A DNA stretch of 63,951 bases, the filler included, from an uncultured bacterium (GTDB taxonomy: Bacteria; Hinthialibacterota; Hinthialibacteria; Hinthialibacterales; Hinthialibacteraceae): the NCBI GenBank assembly GCA_964449065.1. It is 3 parts of 3 records of this genome, joined end to end, with 100 filler letters (N's around TTAATTAATTAA, not from the genome) between each part and the next. Parts side by side here need not be neighbours in the genome. Positions count along the whole stretch, not along the records: positions 1 to 23,043 come from CAYVAZ010000036.1; 2 more parts are not named here. The stretch is one strand, 5' to 3'. The translations under genes were made by a program, and so were the position numbers. This document shows, one piece after another, positions 9,568 through 18,997 of the stretch (its first letter is position 1; every line of letters starts with the position of its first letter). Under the pieces are notes generated by a model. The model saw only the letters and a list, made by a program, of their open reading frames with translations. It searched no databases and had not been told where the DNA came from.

Positions 9568-11082
9568 ATGGCAAAAGAAATACTGGATATTATTAACCGT
9601 ATCGCGCTGGAAAAAAATATTCCGGTTGAAAATTTATATGATGCACTGGAATCCGCCTTGATTACCGCATCAAAAAAAATGCTCAATAGGGATGTGGATG
9701 TTGTCGAAGCGGAATTAGACCGCGAAACCGGTGACTTTCGTGTGTACGCCAATATGGAAGTCGTTGAAGAGGTGATGGACGAGTTTACCGAAATCTCGTT
9801 GGAAGAAGCGCAAGATTATGTTGAGGATGTCGAACTGGGCGAAATATTGGTCATCGACGTAACCCCCGATGGATTTGGCCGCATCGCGGCCCAAAGCGCG
9901 AAACAAGTCATCACCCAACGCATTCGCGAAGCCGAACGCGAAGTGATCTTTGATAAATACAAAAACCGCGCCGGCGATTTGATTGCGGGAACGGTACAGC
10001 GTTACGAAAAAGGCAACGTCATCGTCGATTTGGGCAACGCGGAAGCCGTGATGCCCAAACGGGAAGTGCCCCCCGGCGAACGCCACCGCTACGGCGAGCG
10101 GGTGAAAGCGGTCATTTTAGATATCCGCAAAACCACGAAAGACGCCCAAATCGTCCTGTCCCGCGCCACCCCGCTGCTGGTCAGCAAATTATTTGAACAA
10201 GAAGTGACCGAAATCCAAGACGGGGTGGTCAGCATTCGCTTTGTCGCGCGCGAACCCGGCAAACGCAGCAAAATCGCCGTGCTTTCTTCCGATAACGATG
10301 TTGACCCCGTCGGCGCCTGCGTCGGAATGAAAGGCTCCCGCGTGCAAATGGTCGTACAGGAACTGCGCGGAGAACGCATTGATATTATTGAATACAGCAG
10401 CGATAAACGGCGGTTTGTTGCCAATTCGTTGAAACCGGCTACCATCGAAAGTGTGGAACTCAATCACGATAACTCCAGCGCCCTTTTGGTGGTGCGCGAT
10501 GACGAACTGGCCCTCGCCATCGGCAAAGGCGGGGTCAATGTGCAACTGGCTTCCGAACTCACCGGCGTCCATATTGATATCATCTCCGAATCGCAACTGG
10601 TGGAACGCGAAGCACAGGCCAAACGCGAATTGCTGCGCCTGCCATCCATGACCGATTCGTGGAGCGAAGCACTCTTGGCGAAAGGCATCATCACCTTAGA
10701 CGATTTAGGTCAGTTGAATATCGAAAACTTACTCAAACTGGATGGCATGACTGAAGAAAAAGCCAAACTGATCTTTCAAGAAGTCGAACAGTTCATTGAT
10801 GCGGATGAGAATGAAGAAGAACAGGATTCGGTACCGGCCCAAGCGGAGGAAAAACCGGAAGCCGCTTCTATGGACGATGAAGCATTGAATGTGGCGGCGC
10901 AAGAACCCCTGGAAACAGCCGCAGACGAAGCCGAATCGGCTGCGGAAGAACGCGAACCGGATACAACGGTTGCCTCTGCCGCTGAAGACGAAGAAGACGA
11001 CACAACGAAAACCGTGGATGAAAGTGTGCCGGAAGAAAGCGGAGAAAATCCGGAGGAAAAACCTGCAATCATTAATCAATAA
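9568..11082 (+). CDS. nusA: Transcription termination/antitermination factor NusA with acidic C-terminal tail
   Basis: FGRIAAQSAKQ, AREPG.RSKIAV, DPVGACVG.KGSRV, LAIGKGG.NV.LA. Confidence 0.97.
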   Translation: MAKEILDIINRIALEKNIPVENLYDALESALITASKKMLNRDVDVVEAELDRETGDFRVYANMEVVEEVMDEFTEISLEEAQDYVEDVELGEILVIDVTPDGFGRIAAQSAKQVITQRIREAEREVIFDKYKNRAGDLIAGTVQRYEKGNVIVDLGNAEAVMPKREVPPGERHRYGERVKAVILDIRKTTKDAQIVLSRATPLLVSKLFEQEVTEIQDGVVSIRFVAREPGKRSKIAVLSSDNDVDPVGACVGMKGSRVQMVVQELRGERIDIIEYSSDKRRFVANSLKPATIESVELNHDNSSALLVVRDDELALAIGKGGVNVQLASELTGVHIDIISESQLVEREAQAKRELLRLPSMTDSWSEALLAKGIITLDDLGQLNIENLLKLDGMTEEKAKLIFQEVEQFIDADENEEEQDSVPAQAEEKPEAASMDDEALNVAAQEPLETAADEAESAAEEREPDTTVASAAEDEEDDTTKTVDESVPEESGENPEEKPAIINQ

Positions 11083-11174
11083 TTCAGGATTGAGGAAACC
11101 GACATGAACCGTTAAAACTCTTAGTTCTGTTAGAACTGTTAGAACCGCCAGAAAACTTTGGGAGTAACCTACGT

Positions 11175-13766
11175 ATGAGAATTAATGAAGTATCCCGTCA
11201 ACTTGGGGTCGACAATAAAGAAGTGATCAATTATTTGGAAACGATCGGGGTATCGAACAAAAGCCACAGTTCTTCTGTCGATAGTCAAACCATGGAACTA
11301 GTCTTCTCTCATTTCCAGCAGGATAACAAGAAAGACGAAGAAGAAGAAGAAGCCAAAAGAAAATCCTCCAAGCGGTTTGCCAAGGTGCGGCGTCCCAAAA
11401 ATTACAAGCCCCAAGAAGAGCAGCCGGAAGAGTTGGCCGGCGCCGTCCAAATGGAACCAGAACAACCGGCCGTTCCTCAACCGGAAGTAAAACCCGCGGA
11501 ACCGGTCGAGACCGAACCCCCCGCCGTGCTGGAACCCGCCGCCGCGAAAGAAGACGACGCGGTGAAAGAAGAGCCGGCTGAGAAACCCGGCCCTAAAGCC
11601 AAAGGCAAAAAAGCCAAAACCTTGAGTAAAAAAGCGGCCAAAAAACCAACAACCACGCTTACGCTGGGCGCGGAAGCAAACCTCAAAAAGGAAATTATTA
11701 TCGAAGCCTCAGATATCACGATTAAAGAAGACGAATTGGAAAATCCCATGCCGCCTATCGTTACACTCGAACGCGACCGGGATGAAGAGGACCCCATTCG
11801 AAAAGAAATTCAAAAGCTAAAGCAAAAACAAAAACGGCAGCAATCCAAAAAAGAAACGGAAGAACCCAGTACCCAAAAACCGGGCGCCGCCGGAAAACGG
11901 CGTTCGTTTAGGCCCCCCAAAGGCAAAACCAAAAAGGCGTGGAAGCGTGAGAAAAAAGAACGGCTGGAAAAACAAATGGCCGAAGAAGAAGAACGCATAG
12001 AACGCGAACGCACGGTCCTCAAAGTCCACGAAGCCACCACCGTCGCCGATATTGCGAATAGTTTAGACATTCCGGTGAACGAACTCATCAGCAAGTTGAT
12101 CGGTATGGGTGTAATGGCGTCGATCAATCAACCGCTGGATATGGATACCATCCAAATCATCGCGGATGATTTTGATTTCGAAGTCGAAGAAACCGATCTC
12201 TACAACAGCGATCTCTTTTCCGCGTTGTGGAAGGAAGATACCGATGAAAGCCGCATGCGCCCCCGCGCGCCGGTTGTCACGATTATGGGGCACGTCGATC
12301 ACGGCAAAACAAAACTGTTGGATGCCATCCGCAGTACCGATGTCGCTTCCGAAGAAGCCGGCGGCATTACGCAGCACATTGGGGCCTACGATGTCTACAC
12401 ACCCCAGGGAGAAATTGTGTTCCTCGATACCCCCGGACACGAAGCCTTTACCGCCATGCGGGCGCGGGGAGCGATGGTGACCGATATCGTGATTCTGGTC
12501 GTTGCCGCTACCGACGGCATCATGCCCCAAACCATTGAAGCCATCCACCACGCGAAAGCGGCGGATGTCCCCATTATTGTCGCCATTAACAAAGTGGATC
12601 TGGAAGGCGCCAACATCGACCGCGTGAAACAGCAATTGACCGAACAAGGCCTGGCTCCCGACGGTTGGGGCGGCAGCATCTCCTGCATTCCCATCTCCGC
12701 CTTGAAAAAAGAAGGCATCGAAGACCTGTTGGAAACCATTCTGCTGCAAGCGGAACTGTTGGATTTAAAAGCCGATCCGGAATGCCGGGCACGCGGCACC
12801 ATCATCGAAGGACAAATGGAACAAGGACGCGGCGCGGTTGCAACGGTGTTAATTCAACACGGTACATTACGCATCGGCGACCCCTTTGTGACCGGCATCT
12901 TCTCCGGAAGAATCCGCGCCATGCAAAACGACCGCGGCGAAAAACTCATCGAAGCCGGGCCTTCGCAGCCGGTTGAAATTATCGGGATCGAATCGGTCCC
13001 CAGCGCCGGTGACCCATTGGTCGTGGTCACCGACGACGCCCAAGCGAAGGAAATCAGCTCGCAACTGCAACTGATTCAACGCGAACGCGATATGAAACGG
13101 ACACAGCACGTCACGCTCGAAGATTTGCACAGGCAAATTGAATCCGGCACGGTCAAGACGTTAAACCTCATCGTGCGGGGGGATGTGCAAGGTTCTGTCG
13201 GCGCGGTTTGTGAAAGCCTGCGAAAGATTGAAAGTGAAAAAGTGAAAATCGATATCATCCACAGCGGAGTCGGCGCCATTTCCGAATCGGATATCATGCT
13301 GGCTTCCGCTTCCAACGCGCTCATCATCGGCTTTAACGTCCGCCCCTACCCGCAGGCGGAAGAATTGGCCCGGCGCGAGCACGTCGATATCCGCCTGTAC
13401 CGTATTATTTATGATGCGGTGGAAGAAATTCGAAAAGCAATGACGGGCATGCTGGATAAAGTCTACGAAGAACGCTTCATCGGCCGGGGTGAAATTCGCG
13501 AAGTCTTCCGCCTCTCCAAAGGCATGAGCATCGCCGGTTCGTATGTGACGGACGGAAAACTCATGAAAAACTTCCCCGTACGGTTGGTGCGGGATTCGGT
13601 CGTGATTCACGAAGGCAAACTCTCTTCCCTGCGCCGGTTTAAAGACGACGTCAAAGAAGTTCAGTCGGGGTATGAATGCGGGTTGGGCTTTGAATCGTTC
13701 AGCGATTTGCGCGACGGCGATTTGGTCGAGTGCTTCGAAATGGTGGAAGTTGCACCCACATTATAG
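11175..13766 (+). CDS. infB: Translation initiation factor IF-2
   Basis: MGHVDHGKT, EAGGITQHIGAY, DTPGHEAF..MRARGA, NKVD, SLRRFKDDVKEV..GYECG. Confidence 0.98.
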   Translation: MRINEVSRQLGVDNKEVINYLETIGVSNKSHSSSVDSQTMELVFSHFQQDNKKDEEEEEAKRKSSKRFAKVRRPKNYKPQEEQPEELAGAVQMEPEQPAVPQPEVKPAEPVETEPPAVLEPAAAKEDDAVKEEPAEKPGPKAKGKKAKTLSKKAAKKPTTTLTLGAEANLKKEIIIEASDITIKEDELENPMPPIVTLERDRDEEDPIRKEIQKLKQKQKRQQSKKETEEPSTQKPGAAGKRRSFRPPKGKTKKAWKREKKERLEKQMAEEEERIERERTVLKVHEATTVADIANSLDIPVNELISKLIGMGVMASINQPLDMDTIQIIADDFDFEVEETDLYNSDLFSALWKEDTDESRMRPRAPVVTIMGHVDHGKTKLLDAIRSTDVASEEAGGITQHIGAYDVYTPQGEIVFLDTPGHEAFTAMRARGAMVTDIVILVVAATDGIMPQTIEAIHHAKAADVPIIVAINKVDLEGANIDRVKQQLTEQGLAPDGWGGSISCIPISALKKEGIEDLLETILLQAELLDLKADPECRARGTIIEGQMEQGRGAVATVLIQHGTLRIGDPFVTGIFSGRIRAMQNDRGEKLIEAGPSQPVEIIGIESVPSAGDPLVVVTDDAQAKEISSQLQLIQRERDMKRTQHVTLEDLHRQIESGTVKTLNLIVRGDVQGSVGAVCESLRKIESEKVKIDIIHSGVGAISESDIMLASASNALIIGFNVRPYPQAEELARREHVDIRLYRIIYDAVEEIRKAMTGMLDKVYEERFIGRGEIREVFRLSKGMSIAGSYVTDGKLMKNFPVRLVRDSVVIHEGKLSSLRRFKDDVKEVQSGYECGLGFESFSDLRDGDLVECFEMVEVAPTL

Positions 13767-13815
13767 ATAAACACGGGTAAAAACAGCAGAAGTCAATTCT
13801 ACTGCCCGCAAGATT

Positions 13816-14100
13816 ATGGTGGTCGGCCTTTTAGTGATACAGTTGCATATTCCCGCTTCTCAATCGTTGAAAGAGAAACGAAAAACCGTGAGGCATATTA
13901 AAGACCGTATCAAAAACCGGTTTAATGTTTCGGTGGCGGAAACCGAAGGCCAAAACACATGGCAGCATTGCGAACTATCCGTTTCCATGGTGGCCGACAG
14001 TGACGCCGCGGTGCACCGGGAATTTGAATTTATACTAAATTACATCGACTCCGTCCCCGAAGCCGACATCACCGGCAATTGGACGGAAATGCTGAAGTAA
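13816..14100 (+). CDS. DUF503 (YlxP) family protein
   Basis: MVVG..L.IP.S.SLKEKR..I..RFNVSVAE; canonical position between infB and rbfA. Confidence 0.9.
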   Translation: MVVGLLVIQLHIPASQSLKEKRKTVRHIKDRIKNRFNVSVAETEGQNTWQHCELSVSMVADSDAAVHREFEFILNYIDSVPEADITGNWTEMLK

Positions 14101-14269
14101 GCCATTCATTGAATGGGCAGCACCGGCTTTCTGCCGGTAAGGCATTCAAATGCCGCGATTACATTCAAAAAGCTGCATGTCTTATACCCCATCGGGGTGA
14201 TAAAACTTAACCCCGGGCAGCGCGCGGGATTGAGAAAGAAAACCAAATCGTACGGCGAGTCGTGTTTAT

Positions 14270-14644
14270 ATGACCCAAAACAAAACATATCGAATGGCCC
14301 AAGTCAGCCGTCTGCTGCAAGAAGAAATCGCCAGCATATTGCTGACCGAATTACAAGATGAACGCTTAAAAACGATCACGGTAACCGAAGTGCGTACCTC
14401 CAAGGATTTACGCCATGCAACGGTGTTTATCACCATAATAGACAATAAGCAGCGGGAGGAAATTTTAGAAGCTGTCAATGAATACTCCGGTTTGATCCGC
14501 AAATTGGTGGGAAACCGTGTGAAATTGAAAAGAACGCCCGCGGTGGAATTCAAATACGACGAATCGTTAGACCACGCCGTGCGCATTCTGTCGGTGCTGG
14601 AAGAGGTAAAAGAGGATGTTGGTGAAGAAGAGGGACAGGAATGA
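14270..14644 (+). CDS. rbfA: Ribosome-binding factor A
   Basis: R..V..L.EEIA, ITVTEV..SKDL..A.V, KRTP..F.YD.S; synteny. Confidence 0.93.
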   Translation: MTQNKTYRMAQVSRLLQEEIASILLTELQDERLKTITVTEVRTSKDLRHATVFITIIDNKQREEILEAVNEYSGLIRKLVGNRVKLKRTPAVEFKYDESLDHAVRILSVLEEVKEDVGEEEGQE

Positions 14645-15648
14645 CGTTGACGAGCGAAATATCATCACAAAAAAGAGATCGCAAGCCCCGCATGGACAAA
14701 CCAAAATTAAACGGCATTTTGAATGTAAACAAACCCGCGGGGATGACATCGCATGATGTGGTGGACGCGGTGCGCAAAGCCATCAAAGACCGCCGCACCC
14801 GCGTGGGACATACCGGCACACTCGACCCGATGGCCACCGGTGTACTGCCGCTTTGCGTCGGCCGCGCCACAAAACTGGCGCAGTTTTTAATGGCGCTGGA
14901 AAAAGAATACCGGGTCACCATGAAACTGGGTGTCGTGTCGGATACCCAGGACATCACCGGCGAATTGTCAGAAGAACAACCCGTTCCCGAGGACGTTTCG
15001 AATCAAATCGAGGACGTCCTAAAGCAATTTGTCGGCGAACAAATGCAGCTGCCTCCCATGATTTCCGCCAAACATCACAAAGGCAAGCGCTTGTACGAAC
15101 TGGCACGCCAAGGTGTTGAAGTGGAAAGAAAGCCTTGCCAAATTATGATTCACGAACTAGAATTATTGGCTGTTCGCCTGCCGGAAGTGGAATTTCGTGT
15201 TGTCAGCGGCAAAGGAGCCTACATCCGGACCTTGTGCCACGATATCGGCCAAGCCCTAAAAACCGGGGCCGTAATGTCCGGATTGGTTCGAACCCGCAGC
15301 GGGGCATTTCATTTGAACGATTCCATCGACTTGGATGCCTGTAAGGTTCGGGAAGATGTCACCGAAAATCTGATCCCGATGAGCGAAGCGCTTTCCGGTT
15401 TCCCATCGGTAACCGTTGGAGTAGAAGGCAAGTCTGCGATTTCATGCGGCAGGCCGCTCTCCGGTGGACTGATCAAACGGCGCGACGGCGAGTTTGACCC
15501 CGGTGCGTATATCAAAATAACGGCACGCGACGGCTCGTTATTGGCAATCGGCGAAGCGCTGTTGGCTTCCAGCCAACTCACGGCGCTTGCAGGCAATTTG
15601 CATGTGGTGAAACCGGTCAAAGTATTCAGTTCCGGTGGACAACGATAA
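14641..15648 (+). CDS. truB: tRNA pseudouridine(55) synthase
   Basis: NKP.GMTSHD, VGHTGTLDP.ATGVL, PP..SA....G.RLYELAR, GAYIRTL; start could be 14692. Confidence 0.96.
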   Translation: MTLTSEISSQKRDRKPRMDKPKLNGILNVNKPAGMTSHDVVDAVRKAIKDRRTRVGHTGTLDPMATGVLPLCVGRATKLAQFLMALEKEYRVTMKLGVVSDTQDITGELSEEQPVPEDVSNQIEDVLKQFVGEQMQLPPMISAKHHKGKRLYELARQGVEVERKPCQIMIHELELLAVRLPEVEFRVVSGKGAYIRTLCHDIGQALKTGAVMSGLVRTRSGAFHLNDSIDLDACKVREDVTENLIPMSEALSGFPSVTVGVEGKSAISCGRPLSGGLIKRRDGEFDPGAYIKITARDGSLLAIGEALLASSQLTALAGNLHVVKPVKVFSSGGQR

Positions 15649-15732
15649 GAGATGTAATCAGAATAAACGCACGAAAAATTTGATGCGCGAAAAATAAATT
15701 GACGCACTAAGGGAATTAAAGGAGGCAGTACC

Positions 15733-16002
15733 TTGTCAATCGAACAACCCAAAAAACAAGAACTCATCAGCGACTACCGTCAGCATGAGACCGATACCGG
15801 CTCTGCGGAAGTACAGATTGCTGTGCTGTCCGAACGCATCAAAAACCTGACCGAACACTTTAAAACCCATAAAAAAGATCACCATTCCCGTAGAGGGTTG
15901 CTGAAGATGGTCAACAAACGGCGCCGTTTGTTGGACTATTTACGAAACAATAAAATTAACCAATACCGGGAGATCATTTCCCGTCTTGGATTGCGCCGGT
16001 AA
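15733..16002 (+). CDS. rpsO: 30S ribosomal protein S15 (TTG start)
   Basis: [40 protein letters not shown]. Confidence 0.98.
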   Translation: MSIEQPKKQELISDYRQHETDTGSAEVQIAVLSERIKNLTEHFKTHKKDHHSRRGLLKMVNKRRRLLDYLRNNKINQYREIISRLGLRR

Positions 16003-16028
16003 ACACGTTGGAAACCGATAGAAAAATT

Positions 16029-16141
16029 GGAGTGCTTTGAAATTTTGCTTCGGCTGCACCCCGATTAGGAGGACGAAGATGAATGGCTCATTTATCTCCT
16101 TCCCTCTAGTCTGGGTGAGGCTGGAATTCAAATCCCGCTCC
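16029..16141 (+). promoter_or_regulatory. Long imperfect stem in the pnp 5' leader
   Basis: Stacked pairings GGAGTG/CGCTCC, TTTGAA/TTCAAA, CACCC/GGGTG, GATTAG/CTAGTC, GATGAATG/CATTTATC. Confidence 0.6.
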
Positions 16142-16287
16142 CGTTCCAAAGACAACGAAATGTGCAGCACGCTGTCCATCTCGTTTTCCTCTCTGGAATT
16201 CGCCTTCATTCCTTTCCTTCGCGTTTCTACCTGTGCATCAACACACATAGGCTGAACACAACCGTTCAGCGAAAGGAATGTATTATT

Positions 16288-18564
16288 ATGCAAGAAAACG
16301 CAACACGTGTCAGCGGAGAAGTGGCTGGCCGCACCCTAACCATCGAAACCGGAGCCCTGGCCAAACAGGCCAACGGTGCCGTCACGGTTCAATACGGCGA
16401 TACCATCGTTTTAGGAACCGCATGTATGTCCGATCCACGCGAAGGTCTCGACTTTTTTCCGCTGATTGTGGATTACCGCGAAAGCTTTTACGCCGGTGGA
16501 AAATTTCCCGGCGGGTTTTTTAAACGCGAAGGCAGACCGTCTGAAAAAGAAACCCTAACCTCCCGTTGTATCGACCGCCCATTGCGCCCCTGTTTTCCTG
16601 ATGGATTCAAAAACGAAGTGCAAGTTCTTCTCAACGTCATTTCGTATGATAGTGAAAACGATTCCGATATCCCCGCCATGATTGCCGCTTTTGCCGCCGT
16701 TGCCGTTTCCGATATCCCGTTCAATGTATCGCTGGGTGCGGTTCGGATCGGAAAAAACGATGGCGAATTGGTCGCCAATCCAACCATTGGGCAAACCGAA
16801 AGCGGTACCATCAATCTCACCATCGCCGGGACCAACACCGCCATTATGATGGTCGAAGGCGGCGCGAAGGAAGAATCCGAAGAAAGCATGCTCGCGGCGC
16901 TGGATTTGGCGCAAAATACCATCCGCGATGTCATCAACATCATCGAAGAGTTACGCTCCAAATGCGGCAAACCGAAAATCGAATTTACACCGCCGGAGAA
17001 AAACGATGCCTTGATCGCCAAAGTCAGCGACATGGCACGCGGCAAAATCCAAGACGCGATCAACATCCCGGATAAGCATGAACGCATGAATTTAATCAGC
17101 GCGGTGAAAGAAGAAGTCGTCCAATCCGTGCAAGTCGATATGGAAACCGAATTTCAAAACAGCGGCCAAGCCCAAAATGTCGTGGCGATTTTAGAACACC
17201 GCAAAAACCTGGATGCCGCCGCCAAAGAAGTAGGCGGAATTATTCACGATATCGAAAAAGACGTGATGCGGCGGCAGATATTGGAACACGGGAAACGCAG
17301 CGACCAGCGGTCCACCAGCGATATCCGCCCCATTACCTGCGATGTCGGTGTCATCCCCAGAACGCACGGGTCCGCGTTGTTCACCCGCGGCCAAACCCAA
17401 GCCTTGGTCACCACCACATTGGGGACCATGACAGATGAACAAAAAATCGACAGCCTCACCGAAGATTATTATAAGAAATTCACCCTGAACTACAACTTCC
17501 CACCCTATTGCGTTGGCGAAGTTCGGATGCTGCGCGGGCCGGGACGACGCGAAGTCGGTCACGGTGCCTTGGCGGAACGCGCCTTGGCTCCCATGATTCC
17601 CGCGCCGGAAGATTTCCCCTACACCATTCGCGTGGTATCGGAAATTTTAGAATCCAACGGTTCCTCTTCCATGGCCAGTGTATGCGGCGGGTCTTTATCC
17701 CTGATGGATGCCGGGGTACCCATGAAAGCCCCGGTCGCGGGGATCGCGATGGGCCTGATTAAGGAAGGGGACAACTACGCGGTTTTGTCCGACATCCTGG
17801 GTGTCGAAGACCACCTGGGCGATATGGACTTTAAAGTCGCCGGTACCCGCAACGGTATCACCTCCTTCCAAATGGACCTGAAAATCGAAGGCATTACCCG
17901 CGAGATTATGGCGCAGGCGTTGGAGCAAGCGCAACAAGGAAGAATGCACATTCTTGGTCTGATGGAACAGGCGATTCCGGAGGGACGCAAAGATATCAGC
18001 CAATACGCTCCACGTATTCACACCATGATGATTGCGGTCGATAAAATCCGCGATGTCATCGGGCCGGGCGGCAAAACCATCCGCAAAATTGTGGAAGAAA
18101 CCGGCGCCAAGATTGAGATTGAAGACGACGGCCGCGTAACCATTGCCTCCGCCGATGGCGAATCGCTGCAAAAAGCCAAAGACTGGATCGAAGTGCTGAC
18201 CGAAGAAGTCGAAGTCGGCCGCATTTACAAAGGCAAAGTCACCCGCATCGTAACCTTTGGCGCCTTTGTTGAGATCTTGCCCGGTCAAGAAGGTTTGGTG
18301 CACATCTCGCAACTGCACGAAGACCGGGTTGGTGAAGTGGGCGATGTCGTCAAAGAAGGCGATGAAATCGACGTGAAAGTCATTGAGATCGATGAGTTCA
18401 ACCGCGTCAACCTCAGCAAAAAAGAAGCGGATAGAGAACTTGGTAATGAAGTACCGCCTCTTCCCGCAGGCAGTTCGCGCGGTGGCGGTGGCGGTGGCGG
18501 CGGCAGAGGCCGCGAAGGCGGTGGAGGCGGTGGAAGACGCGACCGCGGCAGCCGCCGGCATTAA
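16288..18564 (+). CDS. pnp: Polyribonucleotide nucleotidyltransferase
   Basis: DFFPL.VDY, GGFFKREGRP, HGSALFTRGQTQ, RRE.GHG.LA, ESNGSSSMAS, GDMDFKVAG, KH and S1 domains; AAGGA SD before ATG 16288. Confidence 0.98.
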   Translation: MQENATRVSGEVAGRTLTIETGALAKQANGAVTVQYGDTIVLGTACMSDPREGLDFFPLIVDYRESFYAGGKFPGGFFKREGRPSEKETLTSRCIDRPLRPCFPDGFKNEVQVLLNVISYDSENDSDIPAMIAAFAAVAVSDIPFNVSLGAVRIGKNDGELVANPTIGQTESGTINLTIAGTNTAIMMVEGGAKEESEESMLAALDLAQNTIRDVINIIEELRSKCGKPKIEFTPPEKNDALIAKVSDMARGKIQDAINIPDKHERMNLISAVKEEVVQSVQVDMETEFQNSGQAQNVVAILEHRKNLDAAAKEVGGIIHDIEKDVMRRQILEHGKRSDQRSTSDIRPITCDVGVIPRTHGSALFTRGQTQALVTTTLGTMTDEQKIDSLTEDYYKKFTLNYNFPPYCVGEVRMLRGPGRREVGHGALAERALAPMIPAPEDFPYTIRVVSEILESNGSSSMASVCGGSLSLMDAGVPMKAPVAGIAMGLIKEGDNYAVLSDILGVEDHLGDMDFKVAGTRNGITSFQMDLKIEGITREIMAQALEQAQQGRMHILGLMEQAIPEGRKDISQYAPRIHTMMIAVDKIRDVIGPGGKTIRKIVEETGAKIEIEDDGRVTIASADGESLQKAKDWIEVLTEEVEVGRIYKGKVTRIVTFGAFVEILPGQEGLVHISQLHEDRVGEVGDVVKEGDEIDVKVIEIDEFNRVNLSKKEADRELGNEVPPLPAGSSRGGGGGGGGRGREGGGGGGRRDRGSRRH

Positions 18565-18593
18565 TGCGAACCGAACAATTCAAAACCCCATCC

Positions 18594-18620
18594 AAAAGGC
18601 GGACTCGTTCCGCCTTTTTT
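18594..18620 (+). terminator. Intrinsic terminator of the pnp operon
   Basis: AAAAGGCGGA-CTCGT-TCCGCCTTTTTT. Confidence 0.85.
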
Positions 18621-18669
18621 ATTGTTTGCAATCGTCAAAACTGTGATACTATTGAAACGCATCTACGGA

Positions 18670-18777
18670 TATAGCATATTTCAAAGTTGGATAGACAGAG
18701 GGTTGGTATTGCACTTGCCGTAGGGGCATATTGCAATGTGCCCCTACACAATGTCTACGCAAACCTGAAATGCTCTA
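18670..18777. mobile_element. MITE-like element M1 with internal GTAG-type palindrome
   Basis: Second copy at 60751-60854; imperfect TIR TA(T/G)AGCA..TTCAA.. / ..CTGAAATGCTCTA; internal GTAGGGGCATATTGCAATGTGCCCCTAC. Confidence 0.75.
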
Positions 18778-18928
18778 ATACAAATTCAAATAAATGATGA
18801 TTAAACAATACTCCTCCCCCAATATAATGGGGGAGGCTGGGTGGGGGTTAATTGGTTGGTGATTTCAACTTTGACGAACCTTGTTTCTTGTAGGGAGAAT
18901 CAAACAAAATTAAATGGTAACGGTATAA
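18776..18928. mobile_element. MITE-like element M2 with internal CTCCCCC..GGGGGAGGCTGGGTGGGG motif
   Basis: Inverted second copy at 48251-48405 aligns end to end; ends TAATAC.../...GGTATAA. Confidence 0.75.
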
Positions 18929-18997
18929 ACTCTAATCTCTAATTACTATTTTTAGGATTATAAAATAACTCAAAAAAATAGCAAAAAGGATTTTTCT

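Noticed and set aside
15649..15732. S15 autoregulatory RNA
   Set aside because: Expected position, but I could not derive a convincing fold by eye
18478..18561. GGT/GGC repeat at the end of pnp
   Set aside because: Encodes an ordinary Gly/Arg-rich tail
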